Part shown: in pieces, positions 38,392 through 48,738 of the stretch
Layout of the letters: each line of letters begins with the position of its first letter
Numbering within the stretch: position 1 is the stretch's first letter
NCBI GenBank assembly: GCA_050953065.1
Contig: JBMNLZ010000003.1
Location: 160,001-224,000 of the forward strand
Direction of reading: 5' to 3'
Length of the DNA: 64,000 nucleotides
DNA from: Bacilli bacterium
GTDB taxonomy: Bacteria > Bacillota_I > Bacilli_A > ML615J-28 > CAG-698
Translations under genes and position numbers: made by a program
Notes under the pieces: model-generated
Told to the model about the DNA's origin: nothing
Seen by the model: only the letters and a program-made list of their open reading frames with translations
Databases searched by the model: none

Positions 38392-40845
38392 TTAATAAAT
38401 TTCTTTTTTCCTTGTTTTATAATCATAACAATATGCTATTAGGAAATTAATTACTAAATATATAAAAAAGCCACCTAAGAAAATTATAAAATAACTACTT
38501 AGTTTTTCTTTCATAGTAAAGAAAACCCCTAATGGTTTAGTAATTAGAATTGCTACCCTAATTAATAAAAAAGCAAAAATAACACCTAATCCTACGACGC
38601 TTGCACCATTAATAGTAGATTCTAAACTTACTAAAGTTAAAAACTGTGATTTAGATAAACCATTTTGCCATAGAATATTAAATTCACTTCGCCTTTCTTG
38701 GAAAGCTATTACTAAATTATTAATTAGCCCTACTAAGACTATCAAAATTACCAAAACTAAAAAGGCAGTAAATAGTCTAATAAAAGAAGTCATCATCCCG
38801 ACATAATGTGTACTTATATCTTTTGGAGTTAAAAAGATATATGGCTTATCGCTAAACTCTGTAATTAATTTTTCGTAAGCTTCTTCTTTTGAAGTCTCAT
38901 CAAATTTTACAACAAGACCATTATATCCTAAATCTAAATAATTGATATCAGCAATAAAATACATTAATGGTGAATCAAAAACCCCTTTTAATACAAAAAC
39001 CTCTTCATTTCTTCCAATTGCTATTTTAATTTCATCCCCTATTTTTAAATTATTTCTTACAACAATCCCTTCAGGTAATAAAATCTCATTATTAGAAAAA
39101 TCAAATGTTTTAATTTTAAACTCATCAGTATTCAAAACATTTTTCATATTACTTGGATTTAAAGCAAACAAATCCAACTCATCAGAATCTAATAAAAGGC
39201 AGTTTGTAATCATTAAATACTTATCAGCACTATCAACACCTTCTATATTTAAAACTTTATTATAAGTACTATTAAGTGGGTCTGCAATATTTTGAACATG
39301 CAAATCACCTTGAAAAGCATTTTCTAATCTTTTTATTTCATAACTTAAAACATTTATAAAAACAAAAACTATCATTGTTAAAATCAAACTAAAGATAAAC
39401 AATCTATTAGTATTTAAAATACTTTTATTTCTATTATTTGATCTAGAAACAATTTTAATCAAACCTGCTTTTTTTTCATCATTAAAAATCTTTTCAATTA
39501 TTTTATATATAAATCTTATTGCATAAGGTAAGAAATATATAATTAAAGCACAACCTAATAAAAATAAATACGAATTATAATATAAAATATGTCCTATTGG
39601 CATATAAAACATTATTACATAAGAAGCAATAAATACAATAACTAATACTATCAAAATTTTTTTATTTAAAAGGCGATAGTTTTTACTAACTCCAACTAAT
39701 AATTCTCTTAAACTCTTTTTTGTTGTTCTAATTATTTGAGAGATTCCACTTAAAACTACTAATAAAACTCCAAATCCAAAAGAATATATATAATAAATTG
39801 TTTTTGTTGTTAATTCTAAACCTTCAATATTTAAAATTTTTGTTAAAAAATTTAAAAATACATTAGAAACTGCTAAGCCTATCCCATTACCAATAAGCGC
39901 ATAAATTAAGAGTTCTAAGAAAAGTAGTGCATTCATTTGATGTTTAGTAGCTCCAACGCTTTTAAATATAGCAATAGAATCAATCCTATTTCCTACCAAT
40001 AAAACAACCGATGAATAAATTATAATTATACTAAGCAGCCCAATTAAAAAAGCTATAATTACTAAGAGTTTACTTTGGGCATCCAGTAACATCGTATCTG
40101 TCCCTCTGTCTGATAAAATTATTTCTTTATCTTTAAAATATTCACTTTCTTTAAAAGTATCAATTTTTTCAGTTAAAGTATTTTTATCAAATAATTTTAC
40201 ATATATTTTATTATATATAGGAGTAGATATAAAACTATAACCAAATTCATACCACATCATCTCATATATAGCCTTATCATTTGCTAAAACATCATGATTA
40301 AAGAAAAGACCTGTATTTTTAGCGATTCCTGCAACTTCATATCTTTTATTAATACTAAAAATTTTAACATATACTTCATCTTCTAAATTTAAATTATGTT
40401 TTGTTGCAAAATTCTCACTAACTATTATTCTATTATCTATTTGGCTTTGACCAATCCCAGCAAAACTTATTAATTCAAAAGGATTAAACTCATTTACTTT
40501 AGACAAATCAGTTGCATAAATATTAGCAGTATGATTTTTTACTCCATCATTATAAATACTAGTAATCATATAAACGCCATAAGCTTTATCGCCTTCATCA
40601 AGCAATTCATTAGCCTTTGTAAGCTCCATAAATCTAACTTCTGATTGAGAAGCTACACTAATGCTGATATCAGTTTCTCCAGCTGAAGCCCTATATTTAA
40701 CAACCGCAAAATTTGCAAAAACATCCTTAACAGCTAGGGTTGCCAAAAAGATAGCCACAGTTAAAGCTATCGTTATAATAATTATAATTGGTTGAGTTGG
40801 TTTTTTTCTTACACTATTAAAGATATGCTTAAAATAAACGAACAT
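38392..40845 (-). CDS. FtsX/MacB-type ABC permease (duplicated)
   Basis: Two MacB-PCD + FtsX repeats (IFKSVGATK, ERRSEF..L...GLS). Confidence 0.88.
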   Translation of the reverse strand: MFVYFKHIFNSVRKKPTQPIIIIITIALTVAIFLATLAVKDVFANFAVVKYRASAGETDISISVASQSEVRFMELTKANELLDEGDKAYGVYMITSIYNDGVKNHTANIYATDLSKVNEFNPFELISFAGIGQSQIDNRIIVSENFATKHNLNLEDEVYVKIFSINKRYEVAGIAKNTGLFFNHDVLANDKAIYEMMWYEFGYSFISTPIYNKIYVKLFDKNTLTEKIDTFKESEYFKDKEIILSDRGTDTMLLDAQSKLLVIIAFLIGLLSIIIIYSSVVLLVGNRIDSIAIFKSVGATKHQMNALLFLELLIYALIGNGIGLAVSNVFLNFLTKILNIEGLELTTKTIYYIYSFGFGVLLVVLSGISQIIRTTKKSLRELLVGVSKNYRLLNKKILIVLVIVFIASYVIMFYMPIGHILYYNSYLFLLGCALIIYFLPYAIRFIYKIIEKIFNDEKKAGLIKIVSRSNNRNKSILNTNRLFIFSLILTMIVFVFINVLSYEIKRLENAFQGDLHVQNIADPLNSTYNKVLNIEGVDSADKYLMITNCLLLDSDELDLFALNPSNMKNVLNTDEFKIKTFDFSNNEILLPEGIVVRNNLKIGDEIKIAIGRNEEVFVLKGVFDSPLMYFIADINYLDLGYNGLVVKFDETSKEEAYEKLITEFSDKPYIFLTPKDISTHYVGMMTSFIRLFTAFLVLVILIVLVGLINNLVIAFQERRSEFNILWQNGLSKSQFLTLVSLESTINGASVVGLGVIFAFLLIRVAILITKPLGVFFTMKEKLSSYFIIFLGGFFIYLVINFLIAYCYDYKTRKKEIY

Positions 40846-40859
40846 AGTTTTTACCTTTT

Positions 40860-41525
40860 TTATTTTTCTTTAATTTTCCCATCAACTATATTTATTGTTC
40901 TAGTACCATATTTTGTAGTTTCTAAATCATGTGTTACTTGAATAATTGTTATATTATATTCTTTATGTATTTTAGAAAGATACTCCATAACTTTTAAAGT
41001 CGATTGACTATCTAAATTTCCAGTTGGTTCATCTAACATTATGACATCCGGCTTATAGATTAATGCTCTAGCAATTGCTACTCGTTGTTGTTCACCACCA
41101 CTTAATTGATCAGGATATTTATCCTCTAAAGCTTTAATTTCTAACGTATTACATAAGCTTTCATAATGTTCTAAAACTTTAGATATCTTTTCATTTTTCA
41201 AATAAATAGGTAATAAAATATTATCTTTCACTTTTAATGTTGGTATTAAATTGAAAAATTGAAAAACAAAACCTAGTTTTGTTTTTCTTAACATCGACAT
41301 TTCTTTATCATTTAGTTTCGTAATATCAACATCACCATAAAAAATATTGCCTTTATCAACATTGTCATTTCCACTTAAAACATTAAGTAGTGTTGATTTA
41401 CCACTTCCTGATGCTCCCATAATTGAAACAAAAGAACCCTGTTCAATATCTAAATGTAGGTTTTTAAAGATACAATTATTATTGTAAGATTTTGAAATAT
41501 TTTTTGCACTTATATTAATTCCCAT
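40860..41525 (-). CDS. LolD/MacB-type ABC ATPase
   Basis: GASGSGKST, GFVFQFFNL, LSGGEQQRVAIARAL, DEPTGNLD; start MGINISAK after SD aagga. Confidence 0.92.
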   Translation of the reverse strand: MGINISAKNISKSYNNNCIFKNLHLDIEQGSFVSIMGASGSGKSTLLNVLSGNDNVDKGNIFYGDVDITKLNDKEMSMLRKTKLGFVFQFFNLIPTLKVKDNILLPIYLKNEKISKVLEHYESLCNTLEIKALEDKYPDQLSGGEQQRVAIARALIYKPDVIMLDEPTGNLDSQSTLKVMEYLSKIHKEYNITIIQVTHDLETTKYGTRTINIVDGKIKEK

Positions 41526-41546
41526 ATTTTTATCCTTTTTATGAAA

Positions 41547-41574
41547 CAATAGCAGCAATTAAATTGCTGCTATT
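41547..41574 (-). terminator. Terminator after lipoprotein paralog 1
   Basis: aatagcagcaatt / aattgctgctatt. Confidence 0.7.
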
Positions 41575-41613
41575 ATCATTTATTTTAAAATTTTAATCCA
41601 ACTATTTAACTTT

Positions 41614-43136
41614 CTATTTTGGAGAAATTAAAAGTGTTAAATAAGGAGCTGTTCCCAATATATATTGTTGGGAAACTATTTCCAATTCTTCTTCAAGTGT
41701 TTCAAGTTCATCAACTGATGTAGTGTTTATGTTTGTTGCAGCTATTTCTTCAATTATAGCCATAAGGTCTGCAAACGTAGACGTTTCACCTTCATATTCG
41801 ATTGGTTCAATAGCATTAGCTTCAAGTGTTGCATTAAGTGCAGCTATTGCAGTTTGAATCTCAACTAAAAGTTGTGCTTGAGCATCTGTATCTAAAGATT
41901 TATATGCTGCAAGAGCTAATTTAATTGATTCAAATGGTTGTTTTAAATTAGCTTTTTTATATTCTTCTTCAGTTACTTCAACATCATCAATATAGTATGT
42001 ATGAGTAACTTCTTCTAATATATGATCCCAACTACTTTCGCTATATATATTAGCACTCATAACTTTTAAGTAATTAACATTAAGTTTTCTAAGCAATGCA
42101 CTTACTAATTCTAAATCTAGATTTATATATTCATCTATTGCACCTAAAACTGCTTCTGTCAATTGAAGACTTTGAATCGCTTCACCATAATAATAAACAT
42201 CAGCTTCTGGATCTTCTGGATCTGTTGTATCTGCTGCTTCAGCTTCTTCAATTGATGCTATAATATCAGCAAATTTGCCTGTAATTGCTGCAAAATATTG
42301 ACCCCATACACTGTCATCTAAATTAATATTATCAATTGCATTTGCTGCAATTTTTGCAAGATAAACAATTTCAGTATTTGTTGGAGCTTCACCATTTACT
42401 GCTACTGAAGCAATAAATTCAATGTCATCATCTCCAATACCTGCACAGAAATTACCGATAATTGTAAGTAACAATCTGCTAGTAAGTACAAAGTTTTCAT
42501 ATCCTAAACCTACACCAATAATTAATCCTGGTTCTGGTCTATCAGTACCTTCATATTGTTCTGCTAATAATTGATAACCTAACTTACCAAGCGCATCATT
42601 TCCAATCAATCCAAGTAAAACTTCATATAATTCTAAAAATGCCTTAAAATCATCAGTTGTCATAGTTGCAGAACTATTTGTAATATATTCCATTAATTCT
42701 GCATTCTCTACAATTGCACTAGCTATAGCAACAGCTTGTGCTTCAGTTATTTTAGCATTATTTAAGTATTCTTTTACCATAGCGATTGTTGCTTCACAAT
42801 CTTCAATTGCTGTAGATTCTTCTACTACTCCAACAGTAACAAGAACTTCAAATATTTTTTCATCAATTGCATTTGTGTATTCCATTTCTTCAGCACTATC
42901 ATCTGTAATTACAAATGATATTTTACCACCAGTACTTGGATTTTCATCTCCGCCACCAGGGTTTTCATCTCCACCACCAGGAGTTTCATCTCCATCATCA
43001 GGATCATCATCTACTTGACCTGGTGTGTTTCCACCGTCATCTGGATCACCTTCAGTTGTAGATTTTTATCTTTACAACCAAAAAGTGCAAGTGAACAAAT
43101 CATTAGTAATAATACTAATAAAAAACTTTTTTTCAT
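41614..43136 (-). pseudogene. Acidic lipoprotein paralog 1, frameshifted just after the lipobox (real or sequencing error)
   Basis: ATG at 43136 with SD aggag gives MKKSFLLVLLLMICSLALFGC-KDK, then drifts to TAG at 43011-43013. One extra A in the A5 run (43063-43067) joins it to the 41614..42885 frame via a Gly/Asp/Pro linker. Confidence 0.85.
42938..42993 (-). repeat. 21-bp tandem repeat encoding GDETPGG-GDENPGG-GDENP
   Basis: About 2.7 copies of ggagatgaaaNNcc(tggtgg) in the linker of paralog 1. Confidence 0.8.
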
Positions 43137-43192
43137 TTTATTATTCTCCTTTTCTTTCTGTTGAGTTATTTTTCCCCCAACCATACATAATT

Positions 43193-43221
43193 ATTCTATC
43201 ATTTTATAAAATATATGTCAA
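43193..43221 (-). promoter_or_regulatory. Sigma-A promoter of lipoprotein paralog 1
   Basis: TTGACA-17 bp-TAGAAT with extended TG. Confidence 0.75.
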
Positions 43222-43299
43222 TGAATTCTAAAGCAAAAAAAGAGCCTAATTTGACTTGTTAGACTCTTTTTGTTTATCTGTTGATTAACTTTTAATTTT

Positions 43300-44682
43300 T
43301 TACTCAATTGATAACATCATATGTACATATGCTGCTTTTGTCCCTATATATTGTTTAAACACAAGTTTAGCATTATCAAATGCTGCTTCTGCTTCTGCAT
43401 ATGTTTTGCTATCAAAATCAAAAGAAGAGATTATTGTCAGCTGTGCCATAACATCTGCAAATGTTGATGCTTCACCTTCATATACATATTCTTCTTCAAA
43501 TTGTGCATCAATAGTTGTATTTAAGATATCTAATGTTGCTTCAACCTCAGCTTGAATTTGAGTTTTAGATGTAACTTTTAAAGAAGCATATGCTTTTTCA
43601 AACAATCCCATAAATTTAGATTTTTGTTTTAAATCAAGTTTATTATATTCTTCTTCAGTTACTAATTCTCCATTAATATAATATCTAACTACATCCTCGC
43701 CTTCAACTGGATCATAAGTACTTTGACTATAATGTTCAGTTTCCATAAGTTCAAATAACTCAACATCAACTTCTAGAAATACTGAACTTGCAAACTTCAA
43801 ATTAAGAGACATATATTGTCCTAAGAATCCTAAAATTTCTTTTCCAACTCCATATATATCTTCAGCACTGAAAGTTTCATTGCCAATATCTTCTTGAGGT
43901 AACATTTGTAATACTTTTTCGTAATTTTCTATAATTAGCGCAAAGTATTCACTCCATATCTTTTCACTTAAACTAATAGAATCTAGAGCATCTGCTGCTA
44001 TTTCAAATAGTTGAACAATTTCAGCATATGTTGGATCAAACCCACCTTTAACTATTGGAGTAATTGCTTCAACATCAGTAGAATCCAAACTCCAAATTGC
44101 ACTATTGATTAAAGCAAAAGACATTCTACTACTAATAACAAAGTTTTCATATCCAATAGCCTCAATTGAAGCAGTCATTTCAGTATCACCTTCTGCTTGA
44201 TTTAGCGCCATAGAATATGCCAACTTACCAGCTGCATCATTTCCAATGATTCCAATTGCTGCTTTATAGAAAGCTAATGCTTGATTAATTTCTTCAGCTG
44301 TTACATTTTTCAAATCATTCATAAGTCCTGTTACAATCATCTTCAATGTATCAGCGTTTTCTTCAGCTAATTCAGCTAAAGCAATAATTTGTGCTTCAGT
44401 TATTTTAGCATAATCTAAATATTCTTTTGATGCAGTAATTTGTACTTGATATAGTATAATTGGATCATTTTCTCTAGCTACTCCAGCTGAAACCATAATT
44501 TTAAAAAGTGCTTCATCAGACTTTTCAGTATAACTCATCGCCTCTGCACTATCATCTTCAACTTCAAATGATGATACTTTAGTTGGATCTTCTTCTTTTC
44601 CACCCAAAATTCCATCACAACCAGTAAAAAGAACAAGCCCAATAATCATTAAAAACGTTAAAAACAATACACTTTTTCTCAT
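43300..44682 (-). CDS. Acidic alpha-helical lipoprotein paralog 2, unknown function
   Basis: Lipobox FTGC; shares DDS.E.M.YT, KEYL..AKITE, IGNDA.GKL, IGYENFV..SR, YYI....VTEEEY, YEGE.STFAD with its neighbours. Confidence 0.88.
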   Translation of the reverse strand: MRKSVLFLTFLMIIGLVLFTGCDGILGGKEEDPTKVSSFEVEDDSAEAMSYTEKSDEALFKIMVSAGVARENDPIILYQVQITASKEYLDYAKITEAQIIALAELAEENADTLKMIVTGLMNDLKNVTAEEINQALAFYKAAIGIIGNDAAGKLAYSMALNQAEGDTEMTASIEAIGYENFVISSRMSFALINSAIWSLDSTDVEAITPIVKGGFDPTYAEIVQLFEIAADALDSISLSEKIWSEYFALIIENYEKVLQMLPQEDIGNETFSAEDIYGVGKEILGFLGQYMSLNLKFASSVFLEVDVELFELMETEHYSQSTYDPVEGEDVVRYYINGELVTEEEYNKLDLKQKSKFMGLFEKAYASLKVTSKTQIQAEVEATLDILNTTIDAQFEEEYVYEGEASTFADVMAQLTIISSFDFDSKTYAEAEAAFDNAKLVFKQYIGTKAAYVHMMLSIE

Positions 44683-44743
44683 ATTTTTCTCCTTTTTAAA
44701 AAAACAATTTAGGGTAATATTATTAAAACCCTATCGCATATTT

Positions 44744-44772
44744 ATTTTACCATTTTATAAAAAATATGTCAA
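44744..44772 (-). promoter_or_regulatory. Sigma-A promoter of lipoprotein paralog 2
   Basis: TTGACA-17 bp-TAAAAT with extended TG. Confidence 0.75.
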
Positions 44773-44808
44773 TAAACCAATAATCTCATTTTTTTACCGT
44801 TAATATTA

Positions 44809-44838
44809 AAAGCCTAAAACTTTATAGTTTTAGGCTTT
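44809..44838 (-). terminator. Terminator after paralog 3
   Basis: aaagcctaaaact / agttttaggcttt. Confidence 0.7.
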
Positions 44839-44877
44839 CATATACTCAAGTTATTTTTTTTACTAACTTATTTTATA

Positions 44878-46245
44878 TTATTGCATTTGATAAAATAAAT
44901 AAGGTGCTTTAGAACCAATGTATTGCATTACAATAGGTAATCCATTATTTAATGCTTCTTCAACTTCTGCTAATGTTAACGTAGCATAATTTAAATTAGA
45001 TAATTCTTCTAATTTAGAAATAACATCTGCAAATGTAGAAATTTCACCTTCATATACATACTCTTCTGTAATTTCTTCTTTTGCAACTGCATTTAGAGCT
45101 GTTAGGACATCAACAACTTCTGCTTCAAATTTTGTTTTAACAGCATTTGTTGAACCTTTATAAGTCTTTACAAATAAACCAAACAATGTTGTCATTTGTT
45201 GTTTTTCAAGTTTTCGATATTCTTCTTCAGTTACTTCAACATCATCAATATAGTATTTTGTTACAAAAGTATATGTTTCATTATCCCATTCATCTTTATC
45301 ATATTTTGATTTAGTAGCAACTTCAACAAAACTTTCATCAACTTTATTTAATGCTTCTTTAATAAAGCCAAGATTAGTATTCATATATTTTCCTAAGAAT
45401 TCTAAAATTGCTTTAGCTGCATCTTTTGCTTCTTCTGGATAATTTTCATTTGATGATAATTGTGCAGCATCATCCATTTGAGCTACAACAATTGCAAAAT
45501 ATTGTTCCCATACATCATCAGATAACTTAATACTACCAATAGCATCAGCTGCTATTTTTGCAAGTTGAACAGCTTCAGCATTTGTTGGTTCTTTTTCTTC
45601 AATAATTAATGGAGCAATTACATCAACATCTGCAGAATCAATACTAAAAATAATACTATTAATTATTGATAATACTACTCTACTAGTAATTACAAAGTTT
45701 TCGTATCCTACAGCTTCGATTGCAGCGATAGCTTCGGCATCACCTTCTGATTCTTTTAATGCCATATTATATAATAATTTACCAACTGCATCATTTCCAA
45801 TAATTCCCATAGCTGCTTTATAAAATTCTAAAACTTTTTTAATTTTCTCAGCTGTCATGTCTGGAGCATCATCATCCCCACCTATATTGCTAAGAATAAT
45901 ATCAGCTATATCTGAATTTTCTTCAATTAAAGTAGCTAAAGCAACAAGTTGATCTTCAGTTATTTTAGCTTGGTCTAAATATTCTTTAATTCCAGCAAAT
46001 TGATCTTCATATTTTGAAGTTTGATCACCTTCTTCAGCCATTCCAGCTGCAATAAAAACTTTTAGCAAAGCTTCATCTGACTCATTAGTATAAGTCATTG
46101 TTTCTCCACTATCATCCTTTACTTCAAAACTTCCAACATTAGTTAAACTACCACCATCTTTACCACCAAGTAATCCATCACACCCAGTGAAAAGTACAAG
46201 CGCACAAATCATTAATAACGATAAAAATAATAAACTTTTTTTCAT
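44878..46245 (-). CDS. Acidic alpha-helical lipoprotein paralog 3, unknown function
   Basis: Lipobox FTGC; same motif set as paralogs 1 and 2. Confidence 0.88.
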   Translation of the reverse strand: MKKSLLFLSLLMICALVLFTGCDGLLGGKDGGSLTNVGSFEVKDDSGETMTYTNESDEALLKVFIAAGMAEEGDQTSKYEDQFAGIKEYLDQAKITEDQLVALATLIEENSDIADIILSNIGGDDDAPDMTAEKIKKVLEFYKAAMGIIGNDAVGKLLYNMALKESEGDAEAIAAIEAVGYENFVITSRVVLSIINSIIFSIDSADVDVIAPLIIEEKEPTNAEAVQLAKIAADAIGSIKLSDDVWEQYFAIVVAQMDDAAQLSSNENYPEEAKDAAKAILEFLGKYMNTNLGFIKEALNKVDESFVEVATKSKYDKDEWDNETYTFVTKYYIDDVEVTEEEYRKLEKQQMTTLFGLFVKTYKGSTNAVKTKFEAEVVDVLTALNAVAKEEITEEYVYEGEISTFADVISKLEELSNLNYATLTLAEVEEALNNGLPIVMQYIGSKAPYLFYQMQ

Positions 46246-46303
46246 ATTTTCTCCTTTCTTAAAATAGAGGAATCACTTTTTAATCCTCACCCCTTGTAGT
46301 ATT

Positions 46304-46332
46304 ATTTTACCATTTTTAAAAATATAAGTCAA
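46304..46332 (-). promoter_or_regulatory. Sigma-A promoter of lipoprotein paralog 3
   Basis: TTGACT-17 bp-TAAAAT with extended TG. Confidence 0.7.
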
Positions 46333-46419
46333 TATAATCTGAACTTTCTAGCTACTTAATTCTTAAAAAAAACCTAACACATAAATTGTATTAGGTTTTA
46401 TAACTAATTAAAATAACTA

Positions 46420-48207
46420 TTATGATAAAACATAATATTCAATATCAGATGAGGCTGTAATTACCTTTAACAAGCATCTATCACCTTTTTTAGTTACCGT
46501 AACATTAGTAAAGTTTGCAATACTACCAATAATGACCTCACCATAAGAATAAACCTTATAATAAACTATTTCTTCTTGAGTTACTTGTTCAAAAGTATAA
46601 CCATAATTAACTGTTGTATCATAAGTCAAAGTAGTTGAGTAATCTCTTGTAGAGCCATCTTCTCCTAACCAAACATATGTATTATCATATAAAGTAGCTC
46701 TTGCAAAGCCATTATAGAATTTGCCGATTTCTTTATATTTAAATTCATGAATGATTTTACCATCTAAATCAACTACGCCAAAAGATGTTCCAGAACCTAA
46801 CACCATAACATTCTTAGTAATTGATATAATAGTAGCATTTGCTAAATCTAATATAATATTTAAACTACTATCTACTAATTTTCCAGAAATAATATAACGA
46901 TCATCTTTTACTTTTTGAGCTGATACAGGTGATACGTTAGTAAATCTTTGAAGTAATTTTCCGTTATCATCAATTAACCAATGTTCAGCATTATCTGTAA
47001 TTACTTTATCAACAATTCTAAATATGAATGAATAAATATATGAACTAACATTTTCTTCATCAAGCATTGGTATTTTTGTTGCACCAATAACATAATCTAG
47101 ACTTAATTTTTTAACTTTACCATCTGCAATATTAAATGAATATGAGAATACTTTATATTTTCTTTCATTATTATAGAACGTAAAGTCTTTCGCATCATCT
47201 GATACTTCTTTAATAACTTGATAAACAATCTTACTATCAAATTCCATAATAGACATATTAGTAGCGTCATATGTAAAACGACTTATTTCTTTTTTCTCAT
47301 AATCACAATCATCATAGAAAACAAAATCAAGAGTAGTATTTAAATTTAAAACAGTTTCATAATAATATTTAGAATTCTTCCATCTTGGAGACCATTGAGA
47401 AGGTTCCATATTTTCAAAAGCATCATTTACAAAATTACCATAATTGTATTCTTCTCTTACTTTATTTTCTAATTTGAAATACTTCAAAACACCAACATTT
47501 GTTGCCCATTTTTCAATAATATAACCATTATAATTCTTTGAATCTTGTTCAAACGATGCATAATCAGAATAATACATATCAGTAATAACTAAAGTTGGTA
47601 GGGCTCCACTTGTATTAGTAATTGGGCTATAAGAAATAGAACCAGTATTATCATAGATAGTATATTCATATTTTGTTTGAGAACCAGAAATAATTGTTTT
47701 TGTTGCAATGATATATTTAGCATGAACTGCAGCAATTACATCATATTCAAGCGGAACAATTAAAGTACCATCAATAGAATAAATCCCTAGTTTAGAATTA
47801 TTACTAACTCTAATATAACCTTTACTTATATAATCGTTATCTATAAATACTGAATCAAAAGTAGGTTCAATAACATATTTATCATCAAAAAGTGAAAAAA
47901 CACCATATTTATAAGTAACAGGATCTCCTTCAATAGTTTTTTCTACTTTGATAAATCCATCATAAACGCTTCCTTGAAAAGCAAGACCTGTTCCCATTTG
48001 TCCTACTCTTTCTAATTTTTTATAATTAACATCTCCAGTTAAAGCATACTTTGTACCATTAGCATCCAAAATACTAGCATTAACTATTTGTTTGCTAGAA
48101 ACAGTATTTTGGCCAGAAAAAATTTTACTTACAACATCCTTACATCCTACTAAAGCAAACATAACAAATGCCAACAGGATGATTGAAAAAACCTTTCTTA
48201 ATTTCAT
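46420..48207 (-). CDS. WG-repeat-like beta-rich lipoprotein
   Basis: Lipobox LVGC; KYGV....YVIEPTFDSV, LGIYSIDGTLIVPLEYD, FGVVDLDGKIIHEFKYKEIGKFYNGFARA. Confidence 0.75.
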   Translation of the reverse strand: MKLRKVFSIILLAFVMFALVGCKDVVSKIFSGQNTVSSKQIVNASILDANGTKYALTGDVNYKKLERVGQMGTGLAFQGSVYDGFIKVEKTIEGDPVTYKYGVFSLFDDKYVIEPTFDSVFIDNDYISKGYIRVSNNSKLGIYSIDGTLIVPLEYDVIAAVHAKYIIATKTIISGSQTKYEYTIYDNTGSISYSPITNTSGALPTLVITDMYYSDYASFEQDSKNYNGYIIEKWATNVGVLKYFKLENKVREEYNYGNFVNDAFENMEPSQWSPRWKNSKYYYETVLNLNTTLDFVFYDDCDYEKKEISRFTYDATNMSIMEFDSKIVYQVIKEVSDDAKDFTFYNNERKYKVFSYSFNIADGKVKKLSLDYVIGATKIPMLDEENVSSYIYSFIFRIVDKVITDNAEHWLIDDNGKLLQRFTNVSPVSAQKVKDDRYIISGKLVDSSLNIILDLANATIISITKNVMVLGSGTSFGVVDLDGKIIHEFKYKEIGKFYNGFARATLYDNTYVWLGEDGSTRDYSTTLTYDTTVNYGYTFEQVTQEEIVYYKVYSYGEVIIGSIANFTNVTVTKKGDRCLLKVITASSDIEYYVLS

Positions 48208-48312
48208 AATTCCCTCCTAGTAATTCCTACTTAAATTTTACCATTTTTTAAGCAAAATGTAAACAAATATTATTTGTTAACGCTAGCTAATATTTAAATC
48301 TTGTTATAAAAA

Positions 48313-48726
48313 TTATTTTAATTTTACTAATAAAAACTTACCTTCATTATTTGTTTCAATCATTGGAGCAAGTTTGCTCATATCCATCTCAAGTCCGTTT
48401 TTTCTTAAAAACTCTTCTGCCTCAGTATTTTTTCCATATAACTCGGACATATTATCAAGCTTACATGATAGATACTTTGAAGCTTCTACTTTAATAAGTC
48501 TAAAGCCAACGTTTTCTTTAATATTATCCGGCACTGTTGCATATCTCATATAAGCAACTTGTGCTTTTTCTCCTTGTGTAATTCTAAATTCAGATGTAAA
48601 GATTGTTGTATCTTTAATAGAATTGTTAACAATAAAGTCATTTATCATTTTATGAACTTGTTCTTCATCAAAGCCAAAACATAAAATATAATTTAAAGCT
48701 GGTTTATCAATGATTTTAAATTCCAC
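48313..48726 (-). CDS. Hypothetical protein (possibly GyrI-like small-molecule-binding fold)
   Basis: GTG start with SD aaggag, in operon with esterase and pheA; the fold guess is weak. Confidence 0.6.
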   Translation of the reverse strand: MEFKIIDKPALNYILCFGFDEEQVHKMINDFIVNNSIKDTTIFTSEFRITQGEKAQVAYMRYATVPDNIKENVGFRLIKVEASKYLSCKLDNMSELYGKNTEAEEFLRKNGLEMDMSKLAPMIETNNEGKFLLVKLK

Positions 48727-48738
48727 TTATTTTCTCCT

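Noticed and set aside
42938-42993. Short repeats as a possible CRISPR array
   Set aside because: In-frame coding repeats with no unique spacers; no cas genes in the window.
43025-43231. 68-aa + strand ORF in an apparent intergenic gap
   Set aside because: The gap is the 5' end and promoter of the frameshifted lipoprotein on the minus strand.
41959-45256. Duplicated 40-mer as a diversity-generating retroelement TR/VR pair
   Set aside because: No reverse transcriptase, no adenine-specific mismatches, and both copies are inside coding paralogs.
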